Shown: positions 37,015 through 46,487 of the stretch, in pieces
Layout of the letters: every line of letters begins with the position of its first letter
How positions within the stretch are numbered: position 1 is the first letter of the stretch
Assembly: GCA_963676795.2 (NCBI GenBank)
Contig: CAXXTB010000002.1
Location: 96,001 to 160,000, forward strand
From: Geopsychrobacteraceae bacterium
GTDB lineage: Bacteria > Desulfobacterota > Desulfuromonadia > Desulfuromonadales > Geopsychrobacteraceae
Reading direction: 5' to 3'
Length of the DNA: 64,000 bases
The notes under the pieces: generated by a model
What the model was told of the DNA's origin: nothing
The model's database searches: none
What the model saw: the letters and a program-made list of their open reading frames with translations, nothing else
Translations under genes and position numbers: made by a program

Positions 37015-38481
37015 ATGAAGCACAACCTCAAACGCCTGCTGGCAGACTATCCGCTCGAGACATTGCTGCAGACGATCCCGACCGGACTCTTTCTGGTTGA
37101 TACCGAAAAGACCATCGTCTACTGGAATGGGGAAGCCGAGCGGATTACCGGCTACCGGGCCGAAGAAGTGGTCGGCAAGCATTGTTCGGTTCTCGATGGA
37201 AACCCCTGCGATAAAGTTTGTGCTCTGTTCGACGAGACGATTGAAAAACCGAATATCGGGCGCATTTGCGAGGTACGCCATAAGAACGGGCAGGTTCTGA
37301 CCCTCAGCAAGAACGTCGATTTGCTGCGCGATCAGCAGGGGCGGGTCATCGGCGGTATCGAATCCTTTGTCGATATTTCGCGGCTTAAAAAGCTGGAAAA
37401 CAATCTGCGTGCCGAGGTCGCTGAAAAGACAGCTCAGTCGGAGCGTGAAAAAGCCGGTTTGCGCGCAGTTTTGGACGGCATGGTCGATCCGGCCTATATC
37501 AGTGATGATCAGTATCACATTATCTTTGCCAACCGGGCAATGTGCGAAATTATCGGTCATGAAGGGGCAGCTCTCTGTTATGAAGCGATTCATCGCAGCG
37601 ACCGGATCTGCCCCGACTGTCCGATGCCCCAGATCATGCGCGGGGAAATCGTCAGACAGGAAAAAAATCTGGATGACAGCGGGCGCCTGTTCGAACTGAT
37701 CCATACCCCTTACCCCGATGCTGAGCATCCCACCCATAAGCTGGCTGTCTGCCGTGACCTGACCGCCCGGATCGAGAGCGAGCGGCGGCTGGCTCAGACC
37801 AATCGGGAGCTGGATGCTTTTGTCTCCACGGTTTCCCATGACCTGCGTTCACCCTTGACGCCTCTTATCGGCTTTACCGAGCTGCTGGAAGAGCGCTATG
37901 CCGATCAGTTGGATGAGGTTGGGCGGGTCTGTATCAGCGAAATCCGCAATACTGCGGAACGGATGAAGGCCCTGCTGGAAGATCTGCTTTCGCTGTCCAG
38001 GGTCGGCCAGCTGAAGGTGCCGGAGCGGCCGGTCGATGCCACGGCGATTGCCAAGGATGTGCTGATGGAGCTGGCGGATAAGGTGCTGGAGAAGCAGGCT
38101 CAGGTCTCGATCGGCCCCTTGCCGGCGGTTCGCATTCCGGAGACTCTGTTGAATGATCTGTTCCGCAATCTGCTGGAAAATGCACTGAAATATGCAGCTG
38201 CCAAGGATCCGCATATCGAAATCTCCGGTCGCTCATTTACCGATCGGGTCAGGTACCAGGTCATCGATCACGGGCCGGGGATTGATGAGGAAGAACGGGA
38301 AGAGATCTTTGAGCCGTTCCGGCGCGGCAGTGGTAGTTTGAATTCAGACGGAACCGGCATCGGTCTGGCGACCGTGGCCAAGATCGCCCGGGTCTTTGGC
38401 GGCAGTGCCTGGGTCAGTGAGACGCAGGGCGGCGGTGCGACCTTCAATGTCGATCTGGTGATTGCCCACGAGGACCGCTGA
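37015..38481 (+). CDS. PAS-domain sensor histidine kinase
   Basis: Two PAS-like domains; SHDLRSPL H-box; NLLENALKY; DHGPGI; GTGIGL. Confidence 0.92.
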   Translation: MKHNLKRLLADYPLETLLQTIPTGLFLVDTEKTIVYWNGEAERITGYRAEEVVGKHCSVLDGNPCDKVCALFDETIEKPNIGRICEVRHKNGQVLTLSKNVDLLRDQQGRVIGGIESFVDISRLKKLENNLRAEVAEKTAQSEREKAGLRAVLDGMVDPAYISDDQYHIIFANRAMCEIIGHEGAALCYEAIHRSDRICPDCPMPQIMRGEIVRQEKNLDDSGRLFELIHTPYPDAEHPTHKLAVCRDLTARIESERRLAQTNRELDAFVSTVSHDLRSPLTPLIGFTELLEERYADQLDEVGRVCISEIRNTAERMKALLEDLLSLSRVGQLKVPERPVDATAIAKDVLMELADKVLEKQAQVSIGPLPAVRIPETLLNDLFRNLLENALKYAAAKDPHIEISGRSFTDRVRYQVIDHGPGIDEEEREEIFEPFRRGSGSLNSDGTGIGLATVAKIARVFGGSAWVSETQGGGATFNVDLVIAHEDR

Positions 38482-38521
38482 ATTGTGTTGTTTGCCAATG
38501 CCAGTTTCTGACTTTTGCTAA

Positions 38522-38905
38522 TTCGGTTCTGCCCGTCAGATGGGCATAGCCCATCGTTGGGCGCTTTCCGTTTGGCTGGTTAGGGCTTATCGAAGAAGGC
38601 ACGAGCGGCTTAGGTCGTTATTGAAAAAGTTTCTCTTGCCTCCTTTTCTTTTCGATAAAAGAAAAGGAGGTCGTCTGGCGGGGCGAGACCTGCCGGTGTT
38701 GGTTCTGATGTTTGTTATCTTGAAGGTCAAAACCACGGGGACTCGCCCCCGTACGGCGACCTTCTTTTGGCCAGGGCGCCAAAAGAAGGCAAAAACGCCC
38801 TTTAAAGCTGACGAAAATTATCAATGGTTTCTTCGTATTTTCACCGCAGCAACTGACTGGGCGCCCGACGATGAGCTGCGCATCATCTAATGGGCAGAAC
38901 CGGAA
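38522..38905. repeat. ~385 bp non-coding nested-palindrome element (MITE/REP-like, family E)
   Basis: ~40-bp imperfect terminal inverted repeats cggttctgccc..gatg..catc..gggcgc; internal hairpin units are reverse-complement homologues; partial second copy at 62502. Confidence 0.75.
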
Positions 38906-39010
38906 AAGCTCCGCGTTGCGGAGTTTTGATTGATGGTAGAAACAACAAGCCCCGAATTCATTTGAATTCAGGGCATGTTGGCATTCGTGTTTTGTGCGGT
39001 TTGTTTCCGC

Positions 39011-39511
39011 TTATTCGCGAACGAAGGTATTGATGTCGGTTTCGTGAACCATGCCCATCAATCGGGCATATTCCGATTCGATCAGGGCGTAGTGATGCTC
39101 GGTGGAGACGGCGTTCTCTTCAAAGATCGCCCGGACGTCCGGGTCGCTGATCTTGGCGGCCATCTCGCGCAGGCTTTCGGCCAGGCGTTTTTCTTTTTCC
39201 ATCGCCAGTTCCATCGCCTTGCGATCATCAAACCCTTCGAGCAGGGCCTTGTCCAGGTCGCTCAGCCATTCGCTGCTTCTTTCCGGTGGCTCTTCGATGA
39301 ATGCATCGAAGCTGGCGGGCAGCAGGTCGGGGCACAGGCATTTGTCAAAGAAATGTTTGGCGTGCTCACGCTCTTCGCGGGCGAGCAATTCGAAAGTCCT
39401 GATCGCGTCCTTGTTCTTCATCTGCTTGGAGGCAATCTGGTAAAAATTCATGGCATTTTTTTCGGTCTGAACCGAGCGGGCCAGGGCTTGCTTCACTTCA
39501 GCTTCATTCAT
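39011..39511 (-). CDS. Ferritin-like / rubrerythrin-family protein
   Basis: Diiron-type motifs E..FY, EEREH, E, EHH. Confidence 0.8.
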   Translation of the reverse strand: MNEAEVKQALARSVQTEKNAMNFYQIASKQMKNKDAIRTFELLAREEREHAKHFFDKCLCPDLLPASFDAFIEEPPERSSEWLSDLDKALLEGFDDRKAMELAMEKEKRLAESLREMAAKISDPDVRAIFEENAVSTEHHYALIESEYARLMGMVHETDINTFVRE

Positions 39512-39794
39512 CGGAACATGTCTCCTTGTAGATAATTCACGCATTAATTGTATTGCGGTTCGGATTCAGTTATTTTGGCCCTCAGGATGCTTGTTTGGCA
39601 ATAGAGTTCAGCTCGTACGCCTGAAGGCTTTTGGTTAACGATGTTTGCGATTTGCTTCCACTGAATTGTATACAGTATTAAATATATAGCAGAAACTGCA
39701 GGCTGGTACAGTACAAATCGTTCAGCCTGGCTTTCAGAACGTTATTCTAGAATATTCCGTCTGTGACGGATCAACAGCTGTTAAAGAGAAAAAT

Positions 39795-40409
39795 ATGATT
39801 ATCCGTTCTGCAGAATTTGTCAAAAGTGCAACCCGGCCGGGTAATTACCCGCCCGAAACTGTTCCTGAAATCGCCTTCGCCGGACGCAGTAATGTCGGTA
39901 AGAGTTCGCTCATCAATACTCTGCTGAACCGGCGTAACCTGGTCAGGACCTCGTCGACACCGGGGCGAACCCAGCTGTTGAACTTTTTTCAGGTCAACGA
40001 CAGTTTTTCACTGGTCGACCTGCCCGGCTACGGTTTTGCCAAGGTTCCGCTGGAGGTCAAGAAGGCCTGGGGGCCGATGATCCGTACCTATCTGGAGAGC
40101 CGTGAGAGCCTCTGCGGGGTGGTCTTTATTCTCGATATCCGCCGGGTCCCGGGGGAGGAGGACCTGCAGATGCTCGACTGGCTGGAAGAGTTCGCTGTTC
40201 CGACCATTCCGGTTATCACCAAAATCGACAAGATCGGCCGTGCCCAGCGCCATAAGCAGGTGCGCCAGATCGCCGAAGCGACCGGGTTGCCTGTCGATGC
40301 CTTTTCGCTTTTCTCTTCCTTGAGCCGTGAGGGGAGCGAGGAGGTTTGGGAACGTATCGAGGACGCGCTCGACCCGGCTGCGGAGCAGGACGGAGAATCT
40401 GACGCTTGA
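39795..40409 (+). CDS. engB: Ribosome biogenesis GTPase YihA/YsxC
   Basis: [24 protein letters not shown]. Confidence 0.96.
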   Translation: MIIRSAEFVKSATRPGNYPPETVPEIAFAGRSNVGKSSLINTLLNRRNLVRTSSTPGRTQLLNFFQVNDSFSLVDLPGYGFAKVPLEVKKAWGPMIRTYLESRESLCGVVFILDIRRVPGEEDLQMLDWLEEFAVPTIPVITKIDKIGRAQRHKQVRQIAEATGLPVDAFSLFSSLSREGSEEVWERIEDALDPAAEQDGESDA

Positions 40410-40515
40410 TTCTTGCGGCCGGCAATTTTATGATCAGCACTCCGGAGTGAAAGGTCACTCAGGCGGCATCCAAACGACTTTGAGTTGTGACAGCAGCTTT
40501 TAAAAAGGCAAAAAC

Positions 40516-41730
40516 ATGAAATCAGTCTATGTCATCGGGACCGGTATGGCCGGCCAGGAAGGCTTCACCCAGCAGGCCCGCGATCTGGTCGCCACCAGTC
40601 GCCTGTTGTTCGGTTCCGAGCGCCTGCTGGCGTTTTTTCCCGAATATGCCGGTGAGAAGGTGGCGATCGATGAGCATAACCTGGCGGAAATGGTCGCTCG
40701 CCTTGAGGCGCTCGACGGCAGGGCTGTCGTTCTGGCAACGGGTGATCCGCTGTTTTTCGGTGTGGGGCGTTACCTGCTGCGCAATCTGCCCGGGAAAATC
40801 ATCGAATTTCTGCCCAATGTCACCTCGGTTCAATATGCCTTTGCCAAGATCCGTGAGCCCTGGGATGACTCTGTCTTCATCTGCGCTCAGGGACGGGTAC
40901 TCAAGAATATCGTCGACCGGATTGTCGCCAACGACAAGGCGGCTGTATTGACCGATACGGTCAACACTCCCGGCCTGATCGCCCGGGAACTGCTTAGCCG
41001 TGGGCGCGGTGGCTACAAGGTTTACCTCTGTGAGAATCTTGGCGGTGCTGACGAGCGGATTCGTGTTTCTGATGTCAAGGGGCTGCTCGAGCTTGAAGTG
41101 ACTGGGTTGAACGTTCTGATCCTGATCCGTGAATACGAGGACGACACCGATCGTTATGTGCCGACTCTGGGGATTCCTGATGAGGAGTTTGTCAGCGTCA
41201 AGAAGCTGATCACCCGTGAAGAGGTGCGAGTGGTAACCCTGGCCAAGCTGAAGCTGCGTCACGATTTGTGCCTCTGGGATATTGGTGCCGGTTCCGGTTC
41301 GATCTGCATCGAGGCCGATTTCCTGCTGCCGAACGGGCGGATCTTCGCCATTGAGCGCAATGAGGAGTGCTGCCAGTTCATTAAGGAGAACCTGCAGAAG
41401 TTCAACACCCGCAATGTCACTCTGGTCGAAGAAGAGGCACCTGAATGCCTTGACCAGCTGCCTGATCCGGACCGGGTCTTTATCGGCGGCAGTGGCGGAC
41501 ACCTGTGGGAGATCCTCGATACAGTCGATCAGCGCCTGGGCAGCGGCGGACGGATCGTTTTGAATGCGATGACGCTGGATACCCTGACCGCGGCTAATGA
41601 ATATTTCAGTAACTCCGGTTTCACGACTGAGGTTGTTACCGTTAACATCGCCAGGACGCGGCCCGATACCCAGTACCAGATGTTCGAGGCCTACGATCCG
41701 GTCTATGTCGTGACCGCGATCAAAGACTGA
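40516..41730 (+). CDS. cbiET: Bifunctional cobalt-precorrin-7/6B methyltransferase CbiET (CobL-like)
   Basis: ATGDPLFFG; ITREEVR; WDIGAGSGS; PDRVFIGGSGG. Confidence 0.88.
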   Translation: MKSVYVIGTGMAGQEGFTQQARDLVATSRLLFGSERLLAFFPEYAGEKVAIDEHNLAEMVARLEALDGRAVVLATGDPLFFGVGRYLLRNLPGKIIEFLPNVTSVQYAFAKIREPWDDSVFICAQGRVLKNIVDRIVANDKAAVLTDTVNTPGLIARELLSRGRGGYKVYLCENLGGADERIRVSDVKGLLELEVTGLNVLILIREYEDDTDRYVPTLGIPDEEFVSVKKLITREEVRVVTLAKLKLRHDLCLWDIGAGSGSICIEADFLLPNGRIFAIERNEECCQFIKENLQKFNTRNVTLVEEEAPECLDQLPDPDRVFIGGSGGHLWEILDTVDQRLGSGGRIVLNAMTLDTLTAANEYFSNSGFTTEVVTVNIARTRPDTQYQMFEAYDPVYVVTAIKD

Positions 41731-41738
41731 AGGCCTCG

Positions 41739-41981
41739 ATGTCTGTCGCCCTGACTCCCGATCCGTCGCACCTGAAGAAGCTCGCCGCGGTCAGGATGCC
41801 CTACGGCAAGTATGCCGGTCGCCTGCTGATCAATCTGCCGGAACCCTATGTCGTCTGGATGGTCGGCAACAGCCTGCCGGACGGGCTTCTGGGACGACAA
41901 CTGCTGGAAGTCTATGAGCTCAAGGTCAATGGCCTTGAGACCCTGCTGCGCCCTTTCGCACCTCAGGATGTCAATGACTAA
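41739..41981 (+). CDS. DUF3820-like small protein
   Basis: MPYGKYAGRLLINLPEPYVVW..YELKVNGLE. Confidence 0.8.
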   Translation: MSVALTPDPSHLKKLAAVRMPYGKYAGRLLINLPEPYVVWMVGNSLPDGLLGRQLLEVYELKVNGLETLLRPFAPQDVND

Positions 41982-42936
41982 ACATCCATGGCAGCCTGGT
42001 CGCAGGCCGCTGATGCTCGCTCCGATGCAGGGGTTGACCAACCAGGCGCTGCGTCAGCTGTATATCGATCAGTATTCTCCCGATGTCGTCTTCACCGAGT
42101 TTGTCCGGGTTCACAAGCAGTCGCGCAAGCGGGTCGCGCGCGGTGATCTGAGCGAGATCGCCGAGCACTCAGGTGATGTGCCGCTGGTTGTTCAGCTGAT
42201 CGGCAGTGGTGCCCAGGCCTTGGCCGAAGCGGCCGATATCGTTCAGCGCTCCGGCTGTGAGCATCTGAATCTCAATCTCGGTTGCCCCTACGGGCGGATG
42301 ACCTCCGGGGCGACCGGCGGTGAACTCCTTAAAGAACCTGCCGGGCTCGCCGGGCTGCTGCATGCCCTGCGTGATGCGGTAAGCTGCGGGTTTTCGGTCA
42401 AATGTCGTGCCGGCTACGATAACCCGCGCCAGTTGTTCGAGCTGTTGCCGCTCTTTGAAGACTGCGGGGTCGATTTTTTGATCATCCATCCGCGCACGGT
42501 CGTTCAGAAATACAGTGGCAGTGCCGATCATGACCTGGTTGCTGAAGCCGTGACGAGAACCCGGCTGCCGGTCATCGCCAACGGCGATATCGTCTCTGCC
42601 GAGCAGGGGCTTGCCGTGCTCGAGCAGACCGGTGCCGCCGGTCTGATGATCGGTCGCGGCGCTCTGGCTCAGCCAATGCTGTTCGAACGGATTCGCTGCC
42701 GGGACCTTCAGCTTCCCGGTGAGGAACAGCGTCGCCGGGAGGTTTACCGGTTTCTGTATGATCTGCTCGAGCGTTACCTGGTCAGGTTCTGTGGTGATCG
42801 CCAGGCCCTGATGAAGCTCAAGGATGTGATCAACTTCATCCCCGATCCGGCGTTGCAGAGGGATCTTGGCAAGTTGAAACGGGTCACGACAGTCGAAGCC
42901 TTTAAGGTGCTGCTGGAATGTCGTTTTAACCCCTAA
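41974..42936 (+). CDS. tRNA-dihydrouridine synthase family protein
   Basis: LAPMQG, NLNLGCP, IHPRT, IANGDI, MIGRG. Confidence 0.9.
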   Translation: MTKHPWQPGRRPLMLAPMQGLTNQALRQLYIDQYSPDVVFTEFVRVHKQSRKRVARGDLSEIAEHSGDVPLVVQLIGSGAQALAEAADIVQRSGCEHLNLNLGCPYGRMTSGATGGELLKEPAGLAGLLHALRDAVSCGFSVKCRAGYDNPRQLFELLPLFEDCGVDFLIIHPRTVVQKYSGSADHDLVAEAVTRTRLPVIANGDIVSAEQGLAVLEQTGAAGLMIGRGALAQPMLFERIRCRDLQLPGEEQRRREVYRFLYDLLERYLVRFCGDRQALMKLKDVINFIPDPALQRDLGKLKRVTTVEAFKVLLECRFNP

Positions 42937-43047
42937 GCTGTTTTTTAATGCCCCTGGCAGCACGCTTTTCCCACCCTTCACAAACCACTCTAAGTTTGTT
43001 CTCTAAAGCCCGACAAATAATGCAGAAAAGGGCTCTTTGCGCTCAGT

Positions 43048-43056
43048 TTATCCACA
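43048..43056 (+). promoter_or_regulatory. DnaA box upstream of nrdD
   Basis: Exact TTATCCACA. Confidence 0.55.
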
Positions 43057-43074
43057 GGATATTTACAAGTTTTT

Positions 43075-43122
43075 CTCCAATATATGGTGCATTGAAAATG
43101 TTTATGGCACTAGATATTGTGT
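43075..43122. promoter_or_regulatory. Tandem NrdR boxes
   Basis: ctccaatatatggtgc (43075-43090) and gcactagatattgtgt (43107-43122), starts 32 bp apart; fit acaCwAtATaTwGtgt. Confidence 0.8.
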
Positions 43123-43250
43123 TTTTTGCCCTTGAAATATCCATCTGCTGTGATAGTCTCGACTCTTGTGTGAGGTTTCCATTCTGATGGGGTCAATGCT
43201 GATCCTCTTTTATAAATTTCTACCCAACAATGAATCGTCGGGAGGGGAGT

Positions 43251-45239
43251 ATGCTCGAATTTATCCGCAAGCGTGACGGGCGTCTGGTTCCGTTTGAAAA
43301 GCCGAAAATCGCCAATGCCATCATCAAGGCTGTCAAGGCCGTTGGAGGAACCGACTTCCAGAAGGCCGAAGAGATCACCGGCCAGGTCAGCGGCATCCTG
43401 TCTGTTCTTTATAAGGACGGGCGCTATCCGTCCGTTGAGAATGTCCAGGATCTGGTTGAGAAGATTCTCATTGAGAATGGTCATGCCCAGACCGCCAAAG
43501 CCTATATCCTTTACCGCAAGCAGCACGAATCGTTGCGCCAGACCCGTGAATTCATGCAGCAGTCGATCGAAGCGATCGATTCCTACCTGGTCAAAGAGGA
43601 TTGGCGCGTCAATGAAAACGCCAACATGGGATATTCGCTGCAGGGGCTCAATAACCATATCGCGTCCAATATTACCAGCAACTACTGGCTGAACAAAATC
43701 TACCCAAGCGATGTTGCCGATGCCCATCGCGACGGCGATTACCATATCCACGATCTCGGTCTGCTGTCGGTCTACTGCTGCGGCTGGGATCTCAAGGATC
43801 TGATGCTCAAAGGGTTCACCGGGGCCTACGGCAAGGTGCAGAGCGCTCCGCCAAAACATTTTCGCACCGCGCTCGGTCAGGCTGTCAACTTCTTCTACAC
43901 CCTGCAGGGGGAGGCGGCCGGGGCCCAGGCCTTTGCCAACTTCGATACCCTGCTGGCGCCCTTCATCGCCTATGACGAACTCTCCTATGAAGAGGTCAAG
44001 CAGTCGCTGCAGGAGTTCGTCTTCAATATGAACGTACCGACCCGGGTCGGGTTCCAGACGCCGTTCACCAATATCACCATGGATATGATGCCACCGGCCA
44101 ATATGAAGAACGAGGCGGTGGTCATCGGCGGCCAGCTGATGGATCGCTGCTATGGGGAGTTCCAGGCGGAGATGGACCTGCTCAACCGGGCTTTCTGCGA
44201 GGTGATGATGCAGGGGGACGCCTCGGGGCGGATCTTCTCCTTTCCGATTCCGACCTACAACATCACCAAAGAACTCGATTGGGAGAGCGATCGCCTCAAG
44301 CCGGTCTGGGAGATGACCGCCAAGTACGGCATCCCTTACTTCAGCAACTTTGTTAACTCCGATATGGACCCGGAAGATGCGCGCTCCATGTGTTGTCGTC
44401 TGCGTCTCGATAACCGTGAGCTGCGCCGCCGCGGCGGCGGGCTGTTCGGCTCCAACCCGATGACCGGTTCGATCGGCGTCGTCACCATCAACCTGCCGCG
44501 CGCCGCCTACCTGGAGCAGGACAAGCAGGGGTTCTTCGCGCGGATTTCCCGGCTGATGAACCTCGCTCATCAGTCGCTTGAGATCAAGCGCAAGCAGCTT
44601 GAACGTTTCACCGACGACGGGCTTTACCCGTTCAGCAAATTCTATCTGAACGCCATCCGTGAGCGCAGCGGCAGCTACTGGGACAACCACTTCTCGACCA
44701 TCGGTCTGATCGGCATGCATGAAGCCTGTCTCAACCTGTTGGGTGAAGGGATCGATTCCGAAGCCGGCAAGGCCCTGGCCCAGGAAACCCTGAATTTCAT
44801 GCGCACCCAGTTGGAGGCGTTCCAGGAGGAGACCGGGCATCTTTACAATCTCGAGGCGACACCGGCCGAGGGGACCAGCTTCCGGTTGGCCAATGCCGAC
44901 CGTCAGCTCTATCCGGAGATTGTCTGTGCCGGAACCGACGAGCCTTATTACACCAATTCAACCCAGCTCCCGGTCGGGACCACCGAAGATATCTTCGAGG
45001 CCCTGACCCATCAGGATCAGATGCAGACCCTCTATACCGGCGGAACCGTCTTTCACGGGTTCCTCGGCGAACGGCTTGAAGACTGGCGCAGCGCGCGTCT
45101 GCTGGTCAAGCGGATTGCCGAGAACTTTCATCTGCCCTATTTCACCCTGAGCCCGACATTCACCGTCTGTCCGGTTCATGGCTATATTGCAGGAGAGCAC
45201 TTTGCATGTCCCCACCACGCTGAGGGGAAAGCGGCCTGA
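43251..45239 (+). CDS. nrdD: Anaerobic (class III) ribonucleoside-triphosphate reductase, catalytic part lacking the glycyl-radical segment
   Basis: N-terminal ATP cone; HIHDL, YCCGW, SMCCRL, EATPAE; ends at CPVH..CPH without RxxGY/F. Confidence 0.92.
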   Translation: MLEFIRKRDGRLVPFEKPKIANAIIKAVKAVGGTDFQKAEEITGQVSGILSVLYKDGRYPSVENVQDLVEKILIENGHAQTAKAYILYRKQHESLRQTREFMQQSIEAIDSYLVKEDWRVNENANMGYSLQGLNNHIASNITSNYWLNKIYPSDVADAHRDGDYHIHDLGLLSVYCCGWDLKDLMLKGFTGAYGKVQSAPPKHFRTALGQAVNFFYTLQGEAAGAQAFANFDTLLAPFIAYDELSYEEVKQSLQEFVFNMNVPTRVGFQTPFTNITMDMMPPANMKNEAVVIGGQLMDRCYGEFQAEMDLLNRAFCEVMMQGDASGRIFSFPIPTYNITKELDWESDRLKPVWEMTAKYGIPYFSNFVNSDMDPEDARSMCCRLRLDNRELRRRGGGLFGSNPMTGSIGVVTINLPRAAYLEQDKQGFFARISRLMNLAHQSLEIKRKQLERFTDDGLYPFSKFYLNAIRERSGSYWDNHFSTIGLIGMHEACLNLLGEGIDSEAGKALAQETLNFMRTQLEAFQEETGHLYNLEATPAEGTSFRLANADRQLYPEIVCAGTDEPYYTNSTQLPVGTTEDIFEALTHQDQMQTLYTGGTVFHGFLGERLEDWRSARLLVKRIAENFHLPYFTLSPTFTVCPVHGYIAGEHFACPHHAEGKAA

Positions 45240-45266
45240 TGGTCATACTCGTAAAGGAGACGTTCA

Positions 45267-45413
45267 ATGGCAACCAAGTGTGATGCGAAAACAGAGGTTT
45301 ATTCAAGGGTTTGTGGCTTCTTTCGCCCCGTTCAGCAGTGGAATAAGGGGAAGAAGGAAGAATTCAAGGATCGTTCCGAATATGTCGTTAACACCAAGGA
45401 AATACAGCGCTGA
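45267..45413 (+). CDS. Stand-alone NrdD glycyl-radical peptide (48 aa; not in ORF track)
   Basis: Translated by hand: MATKCDAKTEVYSRVCGFFRPVQQWNKGKKEEFKDRSEYVVNTKEIQR; RBS aaggag upstream. Confidence 0.88.
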   Translation: MATKCDAKTEVYSRVCGFFRPVQQWNKGKKEEFKDRSEYVVNTKEIQR

Positions 45414-46114
45414 AAACTCTAATTGTCAAAGGCTTTCAGGGGACCAGTCTGCTCGATTTTCCCGGCCGGGTTGCGGCTCTGGTGTTTACCGGTGGCTGCA
45501 ACCTGACCTGCCCTTTTTGTCATAACGGTGAGCTGGTTCTCAACCCGCAGGCCTATCCCGATTTTCCGTTGGACGAGTTGCTGGCAGACCTGGAAAAACG
45601 CCAAGGCTTTATTGATGGGGTCGTTGTTTCGGGCGGAGAACCGACCATCGATGCGGGTCTGCCGGCATTTTTAGCGCAGCTCAAACAGCGTGGATTCGAG
45701 GTCAAGCTCGATAGTAACGGACTTTTGCCCGAGGTTCTGGACCTGTTGCTGGAGCGCCGGTTGGTCGATTATTATGCCATCGACATCAAGACCTCGCCTC
45801 TGCGCTATTCGGAGCTGCATACCCATCCGGTGAATGCCGCCAATCTGCGCCGGACTGTTGAGCTGCTCAAGCAGGCCGATGTCGAGGTAGAATTCCGGAC
45901 CACCTGTGTACCGGGGCTGGTTGAAGCCGCGGACATCGAGCAGATAGGGGCACTGCTGCGCGGGGCACCACTCTGGGTTCTGCAGCAGTTTGTCGCGACC
46001 TATGCCATGGTTGATGAATGGCAGGATCTTCAAAGCCACAGCAGTGCCCGCCTTGAAGAATTTGCCCGCTGTGCCGAAAACTATGTTGCCAAGGTTGAGC
46101 TGCGCGGACTCTGA
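45410..46114 (+). CDS. nrdG: Class III RNR activating enzyme (radical SAM); start probably non-canonical
   Basis: KGFQGTSLLDFPG lies upstream of the first GTG; CNLTCPFC; SGGEPT; start coordinate inferred. Confidence 0.85.
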   Translation: MKTLIVKGFQGTSLLDFPGRVAALVFTGGCNLTCPFCHNGELVLNPQAYPDFPLDELLADLEKRQGFIDGVVVSGGEPTIDAGLPAFLAQLKQRGFEVKLDSNGLLPEVLDLLLERRLVDYYAIDIKTSPLRYSELHTHPVNAANLRRTVELLKQADVEVEFRTTCVPGLVEAADIEQIGALLRGAPLWVLQQFVATYAMVDEWQDLQSHSSARLEEFARCAENYVAKVELRGL

Positions 46115-46123
46115 GTCGCTTGC

Positions 46124-46468
46124 TTACTGAACCGTTGTGTGTTTGCAGCAGGCTTGGGCGTGAGGACAGCTGTCCCTGTTTCTGCCGCACCTGATCTTGT
46201 CTTCAACATCGCAAGCCATTTCACTCCAGGCCCTGCGGCAGTAGATGGCCGGGATCTTTCTCCCCTTGACCTGGCGTTTGATGTTCTTGGCTGCATCGTG
46301 ACTGAGAAAGTCGGTGCAGAAGATCACCAGTTCTGTCCTTTTGGGAATGGTGCCCTTGCTGGCCCGGCGGTTTCGGGTGTCCCAATGGAGAATTTCCTCG
46401 ACACCAAGGTCCTTCAGGCGAGGGACAAGGGGTGCGACCCTGTCAGCACCGATAATCAATACGGTCAT
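46124..46468 (-). CDS. DUF2325-like protein
   Basis: VLIIGAD, ELVIFCTDFLSH, IPAIYC; RBS aggagg. Confidence 0.75.
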   Translation of the reverse strand: MTVLIIGADRVAPLVPRLKDLGVEEILHWDTRNRRASKGTIPKRTELVIFCTDFLSHDAAKNIKRQVKGRKIPAIYCRRAWSEMACDVEDKIRCGRNRDSCPHAQACCKHTTVQ

Positions 46469-46487
46469 GGTATTCCTCCTTGCCGGG

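Noticed and set aside
38540..38890. 116-aa ORF inside the palindromic element
   Set aside because: No protein-like features; explained by the repeat's DNA structure.
39664..39718. GntR-like TTGTATAC site, similar to 7714-7728
   Set aside because: Short AT-rich imperfect match with no cognate regulator in the window; cannot be supported.
43110..44840. 576-aa ORF antisense to nrdD
   Set aside because: Shadow of a high-GC3 gene; no domain features. The same applies to the long antisense ORFs over the porin, rng, obgE, proA and gpmI.
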